Source of the DNA: Candidatus Latescibacterota bacterium
Lineage (GTDB): Bacteria > Latescibacterota > UBA2968
Assembly: GCA_022822565.1 (NCBI GenBank)
Contig: JAJEAX010000417.1
Span: 1 to 54,891, forward strand
DNA length: 54,891 nt
Direction of reading: 5' to 3'
Below, piece by piece: positions 41,680 to 49,586 of the stretch. The notes under the pieces are model-generated. The model was not told the DNA's origin and made no database searches. It saw only the letters and a list, made by a program, of their open reading frames with translations. The translations under genes were made by a program, and so were the position numbers. The first letter of the stretch is position 1. The number at the start of each line of letters is the position of its first letter.

Positions 41680-42755
41680 TTGTCGCCTCCTTCTTTTTCA
41701 GTTTCGGAATTGGTCTTTTGAGAATCCACTTTCTGAGATTCCATTATTTTTTGCTTCAAATCAGGATGCTTAGATTCCATATCCTCTATATTTTGCTTCA
41801 AATCCTGCTTTGGATCCGTAGAAACTATCCCCGCGAGACTGTCCCCGTCCAAAATATCATAGATACCCGGCAATTTGTCTTCGAGCCACTTTGCACGTTT
41901 CTCACCTGCGTCTTCCGCCATCAGTTCTTCGGGAATCTCGGAAAGCCGCACATGGCCCGTTTCAAGAGTCCTTCTGGCTTTTGAGGAACCGTTAGAAATA
42001 TAGTCGAGCTCTTCTCGGCAGATGTCATAGTAGGGAAACTTGTACTGCGATCTGAAATTGAGATCCCCTTTGTCCACATCAACGACATCGGGAATGGCAA
42101 GTTCACCTGCTAAGTTTCGCAAATAGAGAACGAATGGGTTTATTTTTATCGATTCAAAGGCGGGTTCAAAGGCGTAGCCGTCAGTATCTAACAGGTCTTC
42201 ACCAAAGATATCGGCACTGGCGATAGAAGCCTTATCCCCATCGGATCCCCACTCCGCGAGTACCGCGGCCTGGCTGAATTCTGCTGACCAGGTACCGCCC
42301 GTGGCCCTTATTTCGTCCAATCGCACCAGCATGTCTTCCACCTCTTTCAATTTCTCACGTCGTTGGGCAAGACTGCCCTCAGCCAGAAGCACAAAAAAGA
42401 GCGGTGCCATGTTGATGATCTCGGTGGCATTGACACCATATCGGCGTTTGATGAGATCGTAGGCGAGTCGGGTCTTTGGCGCGATCTGTGCGCCGATCTG
42501 GACGCGGTCAGGGTTGTCGGCATGTGTCTTATCGGACTCGGGAAGCGGCAAATCGCCGGTGAGTACACCTGTATCGACGCTTAGTGCCCTGGCCAAGCCA
42601 TTCAGAGTATGCACTTGAGATTTTTGGGATCGTTGTGGCTCATTTTCCAAGCGTTGGATCGTGCGGTCAGAAATTTTAGATCGTTCAGCAAGTTTGAGGC
42701 GTGTCAGTCCTCTCTGTTCTCGTAGGGTGCGAAGGCGTTCAGGATCGATTTTCAT
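41676..42755 (-). CDS. XRE-family HTH protein with large uncharacterised C-terminal domain
   Basis: 359 aa from the ATG at 42755, 7 nt after AAGGAG. N-terminal LREQRGLTRLKLAERSKISDRTIQRLE HTH. About 290 further residues without a recognisable motif, then an acidic/lysine tail. Confidence 0.7.
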   Translation of the reverse strand: MKIDPERLRTLREQRGLTRLKLAERSKISDRTIQRLENEPQRSQKSQVHTLNGLARALSVDTGVLTGDLPLPESDKTHADNPDRVQIGAQIAPKTRLAYDLIKRRYGVNATEIINMAPLFFVLLAEGSLAQRREKLKEVEDMLVRLDEIRATGGTWSAEFSQAAVLAEWGSDGDKASIASADIFGEDLLDTDGYAFEPAFESIKINPFVLYLRNLAGELAIPDVVDVDKGDLNFRSQYKFPYYDICREELDYISNGSSKARRTLETGHVRLSEIPEELMAEDAGEKRAKWLEDKLPGIYDILDGDSLAGIVSTDPKQDLKQNIEDMESKHPDLKQKIMESQKVDSQKTNSETEKEGGDK

Positions 42756-42815
42756 GGTGAGACTCCTTGATGAAGTTTTCACGGCGAGACTGCTTAAATT
42801 TGAGATGCTGTAAAT

Positions 42816-42834
42816 GTAATAAAATTTTTATTAC
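42816..42834. promoter_or_regulatory. AT-rich perfect palindrome in the promoter region of the large XRE gene
   Basis: GTAATAAAA-T-TTTTATTAC. Confidence 0.4.
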
Positions 42835-42871
42835 GATACAATAGACAAATATTCTAAAATAATTATTTTAT

Positions 42872-42902
42872 AATAGGATATTTACGGCATAAATATCCTA
42901 TT
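42872..42902. promoter_or_regulatory. 13 bp perfect inverted repeat (candidate operator)
   Basis: AATAGGATATTTA-cggca-TAAATATCCTATT. Confidence 0.45.
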
Positions 42903-43054
42903 TAGGACATTTCGACCTCGTTCTGATCTTCTGCGGAGGTCGCCTGAAGTTGTCAGCGTCACCAAGAGAGACAAACGCGGACATTTTGATGTATTCCGCC
43001 CTCGGGCCTTATTCCTCGGATGTGGCGTGGGTTTGACCAATGCCGTCCGTTGCA

Positions 43055-43091
43055 CAAAAAAATACCGCCCTCCCGATATTGGGAGAACGGC
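43055..43091 (-). terminator. intrinsic terminator downstream of vapBC (repeat copy 1)
   Basis: Minus strand GCCGTTCTCCC-AATATC-GGGAGGGCGG-TATTTTTTTG. 37 nt identical to 44967-45003. Confidence 0.7.
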
Positions 43092-43236
43092 GTAGAATGG
43101 GCTGGTGCGCCAGCGTACAATCTTAACCGCATCAAATATCTCTTTTCTTGTCCATAATTGGTTACCTCGCACAGAGTTGTCCATGCACTCAATCAATGAT
43201 TACAAGATTTCTGAGTTTTTCCTATACTTGAGAATT

Positions 43237-43638
43237 TCACCAAATGGTTTCAACATCTGATTGCTGGATTCGATAATCTGTTGTGACAAGTGGCAGGCGG
43301 AGGTGCTGTGCTGTTGCCGCAATCATACGGTCTGGCATATCGGGTATTTGATCACGCGGAATATTTTCTAATTCTTCTGCAATCGCAAGATCAAAAGGGA
43401 CAACTTTGAATCCCGAATCGGATCGGTGCAATGTAGCTTTCAAATCAATTAAATTCTGTCTGGGCAACCGCTTTTTCTCAGTCAAGTATATAACCTCTAC
43501 AATTGTTACTGATGACACATAGACTGGGTGACCCGATGTAATGGCCTCTCGAATAGCTTGGCGAGCAACAGATGAAAGGTCTGACGATCGTGCTAAGAAC
43601 CAGATAAATGAATGCGTATCTACAACCAGAGACATCAC
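43237..43638 (-). CDS. vapC: PIN-domain toxin VapC
   Basis: 133 aa. MMSLVVDTHSFIW..., ...IVEVIY..., ...DRMIAATA..., ...VTTD acidic residues characteristic of PIN. Confidence 0.85.
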   Translation of the reverse strand: MMSLVVDTHSFIWFLARSSDLSSVARQAIREAITSGHPVYVSSVTIVEVIYLTEKKRLPRQNLIDLKATLHRSDSGFKVVPFDLAIAEELENIPRDQIPDMPDRMIAATAQHLRLPLVTTDYRIQQSDVETIW

Positions 43639-43649
43639 GCCTAATCCTT

Positions 43650-43931
43650 TTAATCAAATTTATGCCACATGTCTTTTCGGACTTCGGCTATGTCTCGGGC
43701 GGTTATTGGATTCATCTGATCCCACAGGCCTTCGGGATTAAAGAGCTTGCCTTGATCAAATTCTGACGCATCTGGTGCGTTTTCCATAGGAACGAGTTGA
43801 AAAGCCGAACCATCTTCCTGCGTAATAACCACTTTCTCTCCATTGGCCGCTTCTTTGACCAATGCCGCAAGACAGTTTTCCGCCTCTGTAAGATCAATTT
43901 TGTACATGTTTTTCGCCTCTTTGGTGTTCAT
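43650..43931 (-). CDS. vapB: antitoxin (Phd/YefM-like) of VapC
   Basis: 93 aa, or 85 aa from the ATG at 43907 which has the better SD. ...LAALVKEAANGEKVVITQEDG... pattern. Confidence 0.7.
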   Translation of the reverse strand: MNTKEAKNMYKIDLTEAENCLAALVKEAANGEKVVITQEDGSAFQLVPMENAPDASEFDQGKLFNPEGLWDQMNPITARDIAEVRKDMWHKFD

Positions 43932-43971
43932 TATTGCTTCTAACGGCTGAGTGCAATTCCCATGTAATTTT

Positions 43972-44020
43972 AATTATACCCAAAAACAAAAAGTGTCGCA
44001 ACAACGCGATATTGTCAACC
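43972..44020 (-). promoter_or_regulatory. conserved promoter module, copy 2 (upstream of vapBC)
   Basis: Minus strand GGTTGACAATATCGCGTTGTTGCGACACTTTTTGTTTTTGGGTATAATT. TTGCGA, 17 nt, TATAAT. Confidence 0.55.
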
Positions 44021-44033
44021 ACATTGCTTAAAG

Positions 44034-44753
44034 TTACACCGCTATACCAACTTGTAGCGCGGCATCATAGCCCCCTGTCGCGGCATTGGCAATCACATTT
44101 GTCAGTTGGTATTGGAATGCATTGGCTGGCGAACGAAAAAGGCCATCGTCGGTATTTTTCATGGGATTCTGTCCCCGAGCAGAATATTCCGTTGTATTGA
44201 ACACAGCCGTATTGATTTCTTCGGGAAAAGCCAATTGCGATGTTGCCGCCAATCCATTATTCAAAAAAACTTGAAAATGAATATGCGTTGCTCTGCCCGG
44301 ATACCATCCCGGATAAACCGTTGCAAATGTGGCATTTCCATTCTCGTCGCTCAACTGAATACCTCTGCAAAAAGTCTGTCCACTTGCATTGACACCACCA
44401 GGCTGATTGGAAAATCCGGAATAAACCCCACGCGTATCACAATGCCACACATCGACGCGAGCATTGACAATTGGAGTACACCCAGCATTTGCATTCACCA
44501 CTTTCAAAGTCAAATTAAGCGGCACGCCCGATGTGTCTTCCGCAATATCCCGTCGAAAATATTCGGGATTATTGCTTAAATTTAATGGAAAAGGCCCTGC
44601 TGTTTCTCGCGGTATTAAGATGCAACTTCCCTCACCCAGGAGGGGATCTTCACCACCGGTGACCGAATCCTTTTTGCAAGCCTTCATAATCAGGCCTCCA
44701 ACGCCCATCAAACCAACGCTTCCCACGCGCTTCAAAACATTCCTTCGATTCAT
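44034..44753 (-). CDS. Tat-exported intradiol ring-cleavage dioxygenase-like protein
   Basis: 239 aa. MNRRNVLKRVG twin-arginine signal. YPGWYPGRATHIHFQV motif typical of the intradiol dioxygenase fold. Confidence 0.7.
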   Translation of the reverse strand: MNRRNVLKRVGSVGLMGVGGLIMKACKKDSVTGGEDPLLGEGSCILIPRETAGPFPLNLSNNPEYFRRDIAEDTSGVPLNLTLKVVNANAGCTPIVNARVDVWHCDTRGVYSGFSNQPGGVNASGQTFCRGIQLSDENGNATFATVYPGWYPGRATHIHFQVFLNNGLAATSQLAFPEEINTAVFNTTEYSARGQNPMKNTDDGLFRSPANAFQYQLTNVIANAATGGYDAALQVGIAV

Positions 44754-44966
44754 TCTTCTTCTCCAAAATAAACGCGGTTACACAACTCTAAAATTCGATG
44801 CTCAAATCAGAAGACACACTTTATCGCCTGTCTTAGTCATTATTTGAGACACACGACAGCCCACTTCGTTCCCATGAAAATTGTAATAAACTGTTAAACT
44901 CGTTACAGTGCGTTCCTCCTTTTTCATTTAGCGGAAGAATGGGTCTTCTGTAGAGGGATCGACTGG

Positions 44967-45003
44967 CAAAAAAATACCGCCCTCCCGATATTGGGAGAAC
45001 GGC
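44967..45003 (-). terminator. intrinsic terminator downstream of the Bat operon (repeat copy 2)
   Basis: Identical 37 nt to 43055-43091, with a further ~18 nt of partial identity on the high-coordinate side. Confidence 0.7.
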
Positions 45004-45129
45004 ATTGAATGAGCTATGGCGATGGACAGGCGCTTGTGTTCTTCACATATGTAGAAAACCTGGAAGAATGGCACTCATAACTCTATATCCTTTACCAAAC
45101 GCGTTCTACGTCAAAAAATTATCGCCTTC

Positions 45130-45897
45130 TCAAATTCGCTCCAATGCCCGCGCCTCAATCCAGCCGCCGAGGCCAGAGCGCAGGCGCACCAGCAACCACC
45201 TACCTTCAACGCGCTCAATCTCGACCTTGGTGCCCTCGTGGAGCGTGAACACCTGTAAAAAATCAGAGCCGGGTCCGCTGCGGCCAATGGCCTCATCCAC
45301 CAGAATGATAGCTTTGGGAATGCTGTGTTGATGCGCCTTAAACGCCAGCATAGCCGCACTGCCCAAAAGTCCGCCAACAAAAACCACCAGCAGCACCCCC
45401 CACAGCAAACGACGGACCGGCACAAAAATCCAACACACCGCCACACCGCCTATGAAAAAAACAAACACGCAAACCATAACTGCCAGCGCGTCGAGGGTAA
45501 AAAACGCAAAAAATGCTTGCAAAACCCGCGTCAAAATATTGGCATCATCTTCGCTTTCTCGATCTATCTTCTGGGCATTGGCAAACTGCAAATTCGCCAG
45601 AACATCCCGATCGCCCGGCATCAAATTCAAAGCGCGTTCATAAGACAAAATCGCACGCCCGAGTTGCGCGTTTTTAAAATACGCATTGCCCAGATTATAA
45701 TATACCTCACCGTTGTTCAGCCCCTGTGCAACAACGCGCTCATAAGCCGAAATCGCCGCCTCAAAATCCCCGGCGCGATAGTGCTCATTGCCCCGATTGT
45801 ACAGCGCGACAAGAGCTTCTGAGGCGGATACTGCATCCACGCCAAGTATCGCAATCGCGACAACGGGGTATAACAGCCGTTTGATCACCGTCCTCAT
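45130..45897 (-). CDS. batE: BatE-like TPR + SH3b membrane protein
   Basis: 255 aa from the ATG at 45897, 2 nt after the batD stop. TPR repeats, TM segments, C-terminal SH3-like ...GWIEARALERI. Confidence 0.75.
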   Translation of the reverse strand: MRTVIKRLLYPVVAIAILGVDAVSASEALVALYNRGNEHYRAGDFEAAISAYERVVAQGLNNGEVYYNLGNAYFKNAQLGRAILSYERALNLMPGDRDVLANLQFANAQKIDRESEDDANILTRVLQAFFAFFTLDALAVMVCVFVFFIGGVAVCWIFVPVRRLLWGVLLVVFVGGLLGSAAMLAFKAHQHSIPKAIILVDEAIGRSGPGSDFLQVFTLHEGTKVEIERVEGRWLLVRLRSGLGGWIEARALERI

Positions 45898-45899
45898 AA

Positions 45900-47738
45900 C
45901 TAAATACACCGCTCCAACGCACCGATCAAATCTTCGGCCTGCGCGAACAACGCCTGCATCTGCGCTTCCGAAATCTGCCCTGGCGCAAACCGCGCCTGAT
46001 CGCATTGACCAAATACGTCCTGAACACCTGCAATCACCTGTGCATCTACACCGTGCTCCACCAGCACAGAGCCAATATGATCCGCTGTCAAACCCGCCGC
46101 AGAGAGATTGGTTCGATCTGCGACAAACTGCGACAAAGACCTGTGAATTTCCCCGTGAAAACCCGCGCTATCTCCCGCCTCCATTAACCCTTTCGCCCTG
46201 CCCAACCGCTGCTGTGCTTCCGAGCGCGAACGCCTCCTGCGCGCATAAGCCACATCGCCTACCAGACGCGCGCGATGACGCCGATAAGCATACGCGCCAA
46301 CCACCCCCAAAACGGGAACCAACTGCAAAAGCCAAAACCCACTGCGCTGATAGAGTAACAAGCCCTGATCAGCCAGATGGATTCGGTCGGGCTTGATATA
46401 CCGAATATCGCTCCCCAGCGCACGCACTTCTTCACCACGCAAACCATCAACCGGCTGTGGCGCCAGTTCACCTGGCGTCACGTGCAACGCAATGGGTTCG
46501 GTCTGTACGGTTTTATACCGCCTCTGTACAGGATCGAAATAGGCCAGAGTAAAAGGCGGTAATATCACCTGCCCCGCTCTTTGCGGGATCGCCACATACT
46601 CAAAAGTTTTTTTTCCACTTATACCTTGCTTTTGTGTTTCCAAATTCGTCTTGGGATCATAAAACTTAAACCGCGCCCGGTCAGGACGAATCGGCTCGTC
46701 AATCGCGTGCAAATTACCCGCTCCCTGTACCACCACCTTCACAGCAACGGGATCGCCGGCTTTTACCTGATCTGGAATCGCCTCTGCGCGCATCTCAAAT
46801 TGCCCAACAGCGCCGCCAAACCCCTTCGGCGCACCAGCGGGCAACGGTCTCACCTCAATTTCAATATCGCCTGACCGCACTGTCACCTGCTGCGTATCAA
46901 ACGCACTAAATGGGTCAAAATCGAACAGACCGCGCGACCGTCGCCCCGCAACAATTTCGCAATTCACCTCAAGTTGCTCCAAGGTGTGCTTACCTGCCGT
47001 TGTCGGAAACAGTGCCAAACGCTTGAGCAACGCCGTATTAAACGCGCGCCCATCGACAACCTCTCGCTGCATATTCAAACGCTGGGCATCAAAAACAGTC
47101 TCTGCCCAAAATCCCGTAAATGTCGGCACATGGCCGTATTGCACATTTCGCAAATCATAACGCGTAAACAATTTATACGTCACCCCCACTTGTTCCCCCA
47201 CATAAACCATCCGCTTTTCGGGAATCGCCTGCAAAAACAAGTTTTGTTCAATCTCCCGAATCTCTGACCCTCCCATTGACCGTCCCGTTGATGGCGCGGG
47301 GCGCGTCTGCGGACGACCACTCCTTTTCACGACCTCAACGCGCACCTGATCAGACCGAATCGTCTTACCATCATGAGCCAACTGTGCCGGACCGAGCACA
47401 TAAGTGCCTTGTCGCTGTGCGCGAAAGGAGAAATGATATGTCGTCGTGCGCTTTGTTGTCATCTCGCCATTGACAATATTGACGGACATTGACGTAGAAG
47501 ACGTACTACCCGTCAATTGCAGCCCATCAGGCGTGGGAACCTGGGGTGCAGACACACGCCCCATCTGCGCAGCCTCAACCTCCACAGTGAACTGAATCAG
47601 ATCGCCAACTTCGACACGCGTTCGATCTACTGAAGCCCGCATCGTCACATCCTGTGCATCAATCCCCTGTGCCCACAATAGAGCAAACAAAACACCGCAC
47701 AAAAATATCCACCTTTTCCTACCACGCATTGCCATCAT
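45900..47738 (-). CDS. batD: BatD-like oxygen-tolerance protein
   Basis: 612 aa. Signal peptide, large periplasmic region, late TM segment. Position after the TPR BatC. Confidence 0.75.
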   Translation of the reverse strand: MMAMRGRKRWIFLCGVLFALLWAQGIDAQDVTMRASVDRTRVEVGDLIQFTVEVEAAQMGRVSAPQVPTPDGLQLTGSTSSTSMSVNIVNGEMTTKRTTTYHFSFRAQRQGTYVLGPAQLAHDGKTIRSDQVRVEVVKRSGRPQTRPAPSTGRSMGGSEIREIEQNLFLQAIPEKRMVYVGEQVGVTYKLFTRYDLRNVQYGHVPTFTGFWAETVFDAQRLNMQREVVDGRAFNTALLKRLALFPTTAGKHTLEQLEVNCEIVAGRRSRGLFDFDPFSAFDTQQVTVRSGDIEIEVRPLPAGAPKGFGGAVGQFEMRAEAIPDQVKAGDPVAVKVVVQGAGNLHAIDEPIRPDRARFKFYDPKTNLETQKQGISGKKTFEYVAIPQRAGQVILPPFTLAYFDPVQRRYKTVQTEPIALHVTPGELAPQPVDGLRGEEVRALGSDIRYIKPDRIHLADQGLLLYQRSGFWLLQLVPVLGVVGAYAYRRHRARLVGDVAYARRRRSRSEAQQRLGRAKGLMEAGDSAGFHGEIHRSLSQFVADRTNLSAAGLTADHIGSVLVEHGVDAQVIAGVQDVFGQCDQARFAPGQISEAQMQALFAQAEDLIGALERCI

Positions 47739-48459
47739 ATCGCCTGCCCCGCAACTTCAATTTGCGTCGCTTCTGGGATTCTTCTTCTCGCGCTTTCATA
47801 GCATTGAGAATCCGCGCCGCCTCCTCGGGCGTCATCTCTCTGGGATCGGGCTGCTCGCCCTGCTGTTGATTCTGTTGATCCTGCTCATCCTGGCCCTGCT
47901 GGTCCTTTTTATCCTGTTGATTCTGATCCTGCTGTTGATCCTGCTGGTCTTGCTGATCCCGATTATTCTGATTATTCTGTTGATCCTGGTTTTGATCTTG
48001 ATTTTTATCCTGTTCATCTTGCTCATCCTGCCCATCCTGATCCAGTTTTTCCAATGCCAATTCCAGATTAATTTTGGCGTCTATATCATCCGGCTTCTGT
48101 TCCAGTGATTTTTTATAAGCTCCCACAGCTTCCTGGAACTTCTCCTGCCGAAACAGCGCATTGCCCAAATTGTAGTGTGCAGCAGCAGACATATCCGGAT
48201 GAGTGCCTTCGGTGGCACGCCCCATCTCCTGCATAGCCTCGGCATATTTACCCTGCTTGTAGAGCGCATCGCCAGCATTAAAATGCAACTCCGGTCGGGG
48301 TTGCCCTTCTTGCTGCGCTTCCAAATACCGACGCAATGCCGCTTCGTACTCCCCCTTCTCAAACAGCGCATTGCCCTCTTCATTCTTTTTTGCCACGGGA
48401 TCGAGGAATGTCCACCCCAGAAATGGCACCGCCAGCAAAACATATAAAAATCGCGTCAT
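47719..48459 (-). CDS. batC: BatC-like TPR protein with Q/D/N-rich low-complexity region
   Basis: 246 aa. N-terminal TM, TPR repeats, about 65 residues of Q/D/N, then a basic tail. Confidence 0.75.
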   Translation of the reverse strand: MTRFLYVLLAVPFLGWTFLDPVAKKNEEGNALFEKGEYEAALRRYLEAQQEGQPRPELHFNAGDALYKQGKYAEAMQEMGRATEGTHPDMSAAAHYNLGNALFRQEKFQEAVGAYKKSLEQKPDDIDAKINLELALEKLDQDGQDEQDEQDKNQDQNQDQQNNQNNRDQQDQQDQQQDQNQQDKKDQQGQDEQDQQNQQQGEQPDPREMTPEEAARILNAMKAREEESQKRRKLKLRGRRYDGNAW

Positions 48460-48500
48460 AAAAAAGCCTCTTAGTCGTCAGTCCTCAACTCCTCGCCTTT

Positions 48501-48560
48501 CATCTGCGTTTATCTGCGTTCATCCCTGCTTACACCCGCAGGGACATGCCTGCGGATACC
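48501..48560 (-). repeat. tandem decamer element, copy B (with palindromic insert)
   Basis: Plus strand CATCTGCGTT TATCTGCGTT CATCCCTGC...GCAGGGACATGCCTGCGGATACC, abutting the batB stop. Confidence 0.75.
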
Positions 48561-49586
48561 TCACCCCTCAAATCGCCCGCGCCATGCTTCTTCACTGCGT
48601 CGCCGATCCGATAACAGGGCTTCACTCACAAAACACAACAGCGCAAGAGCCAGCGGCCATTGAAACCTGTGAATATACTGTGCGTAACGCTGCGTCCCCA
48701 AATCGCGCTTCTCCATCTCTGAAATCCGTTCATGCACCGCCTGCAATCCAATCCCTCCGCCGCTGGCACGCACATATAAACCATCGGTCACACGCGCAAT
48801 CTCCTTCAGAGTTGCTTCATCCAACCGCGTCTTGACAATCTTGCCCTCAGAATCCTTCAAATAATCTACCCTATCGCCATCGCGAATCGGGATTAACTCA
48901 CCTTCCGCAGTCCCCACACCCACAGCAAAAATTCGCACATCTTCTTCTGCTGCCGCTCGCGCTGCAGCAATGGGATCACCCCCGTGATTTTCGCCATCTG
49001 TAATCAAAATGAGCGCTTTGTATTTCCCATTGCGCGACCCAAATCCTCGAATGGCTGCGCGAATCGCTTCGGCAACTGCTGTACCCTGCTCTGAAATCAA
49101 TGTGACATCGGCCTGTCCTAAAAACATCTTTGCCGCACCATAATCCAATGTAAGCGGACAGAGTACATGGCTATACCCGGCAAAAGCTACCAGACCGATG
49201 CGGTCGCCTTCAAGGCGATCGATCAACCCCTCAATTTCAAAACGCGCGCGATCCAGCCTGTTGGGCTTAATATCCTCGGCCAGCATACTCAACGACGTAT
49301 CCAGAACAATCACCAGATCGACACCCCGGCGATGAATCAATTCCAATTCGGTGCCAAACTGCGGTTGTACCAATGCCAGAATTAAAAAAATAAACCCGAC
49401 ACACATCAGTGCAGATTTTATGCCTTGCCGCATGCGACTGACACCCGAAGCGAGTTTATCCATCAGTTCGGGAGCACCAAACGCATATAGCGCCCTGCGC
49501 TTGCGCCGAAAAGCCCACCAGTAAAAAAGCGCGAAAACAGGCACGCACAAAAGAAAATAAAAAGCCTGTGGATCGCCAAATCGCAT
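48561..49586 (-). CDS. batB: VWA-domain membrane protein BatB-like
   Basis: 341 aa. N-terminal TMs. DLVIVLDTSLSM MIDAS motif. Confidence 0.85.
   Translation of the reverse strand: MRFGDPQAFYFLLCVPVFALFYWWAFRRKRRALYAFGAPELMDKLASGVSRMRQGIKSALMCVGFIFLILALVQPQFGTELELIHRRGVDLVIVLDTSLSMLAEDIKPNRLDRARFEIEGLIDRLEGDRIGLVAFAGYSHVLCPLTLDYGAAKMFLGQADVTLISEQGTAVAEAIRAAIRGFGSRNGKYKALILITDGENHGGDPIAAARAAAEEDVRIFAVGVGTAEGELIPIRDGDRVDYLKDSEGKIVKTRLDEATLKEIARVTDGLYVRASGGGIGLQAVHERISEMEKRDLGTQRYAQYIHRFQWPLALALLCFVSEALLSDRRRSEEAWRGRFEG

Noticed and set aside
42882-43196. 104 aa minus-strand ORF downstream of vapC.
   Set aside because: It reads straight through the intrinsic terminator hairpin and T-tract (43055-43091). 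It has no SD and no recognisable motif, and the region is otherwise intergenic.
44802-44927. 41-codon ORF upstream of the dioxygenase-like gene.
   Set aside because: It has no SD, no conservation signal and falls below any reasonable evidence threshold.
38574-45129. Whether the accessory island is a mobile element such as an integrative element, transposon or prophage remnant.
   Set aside because: No integrase, transposase, terminal inverted repeats or phage genes are present. Only the 37 nt direct repeats around vapBC/dioxygenase hint at recombination, so no mobile_element feature is called.
47866-48108. 80 aa Leu/Ile-only ORF on the plus strand (MILLILLILALLVLF...) that could be mistaken for a membrane peptide.
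   Set aside because: It is the reverse complement of the Q/D/N-rich repeat region of BatC, a codon-complement artefact.
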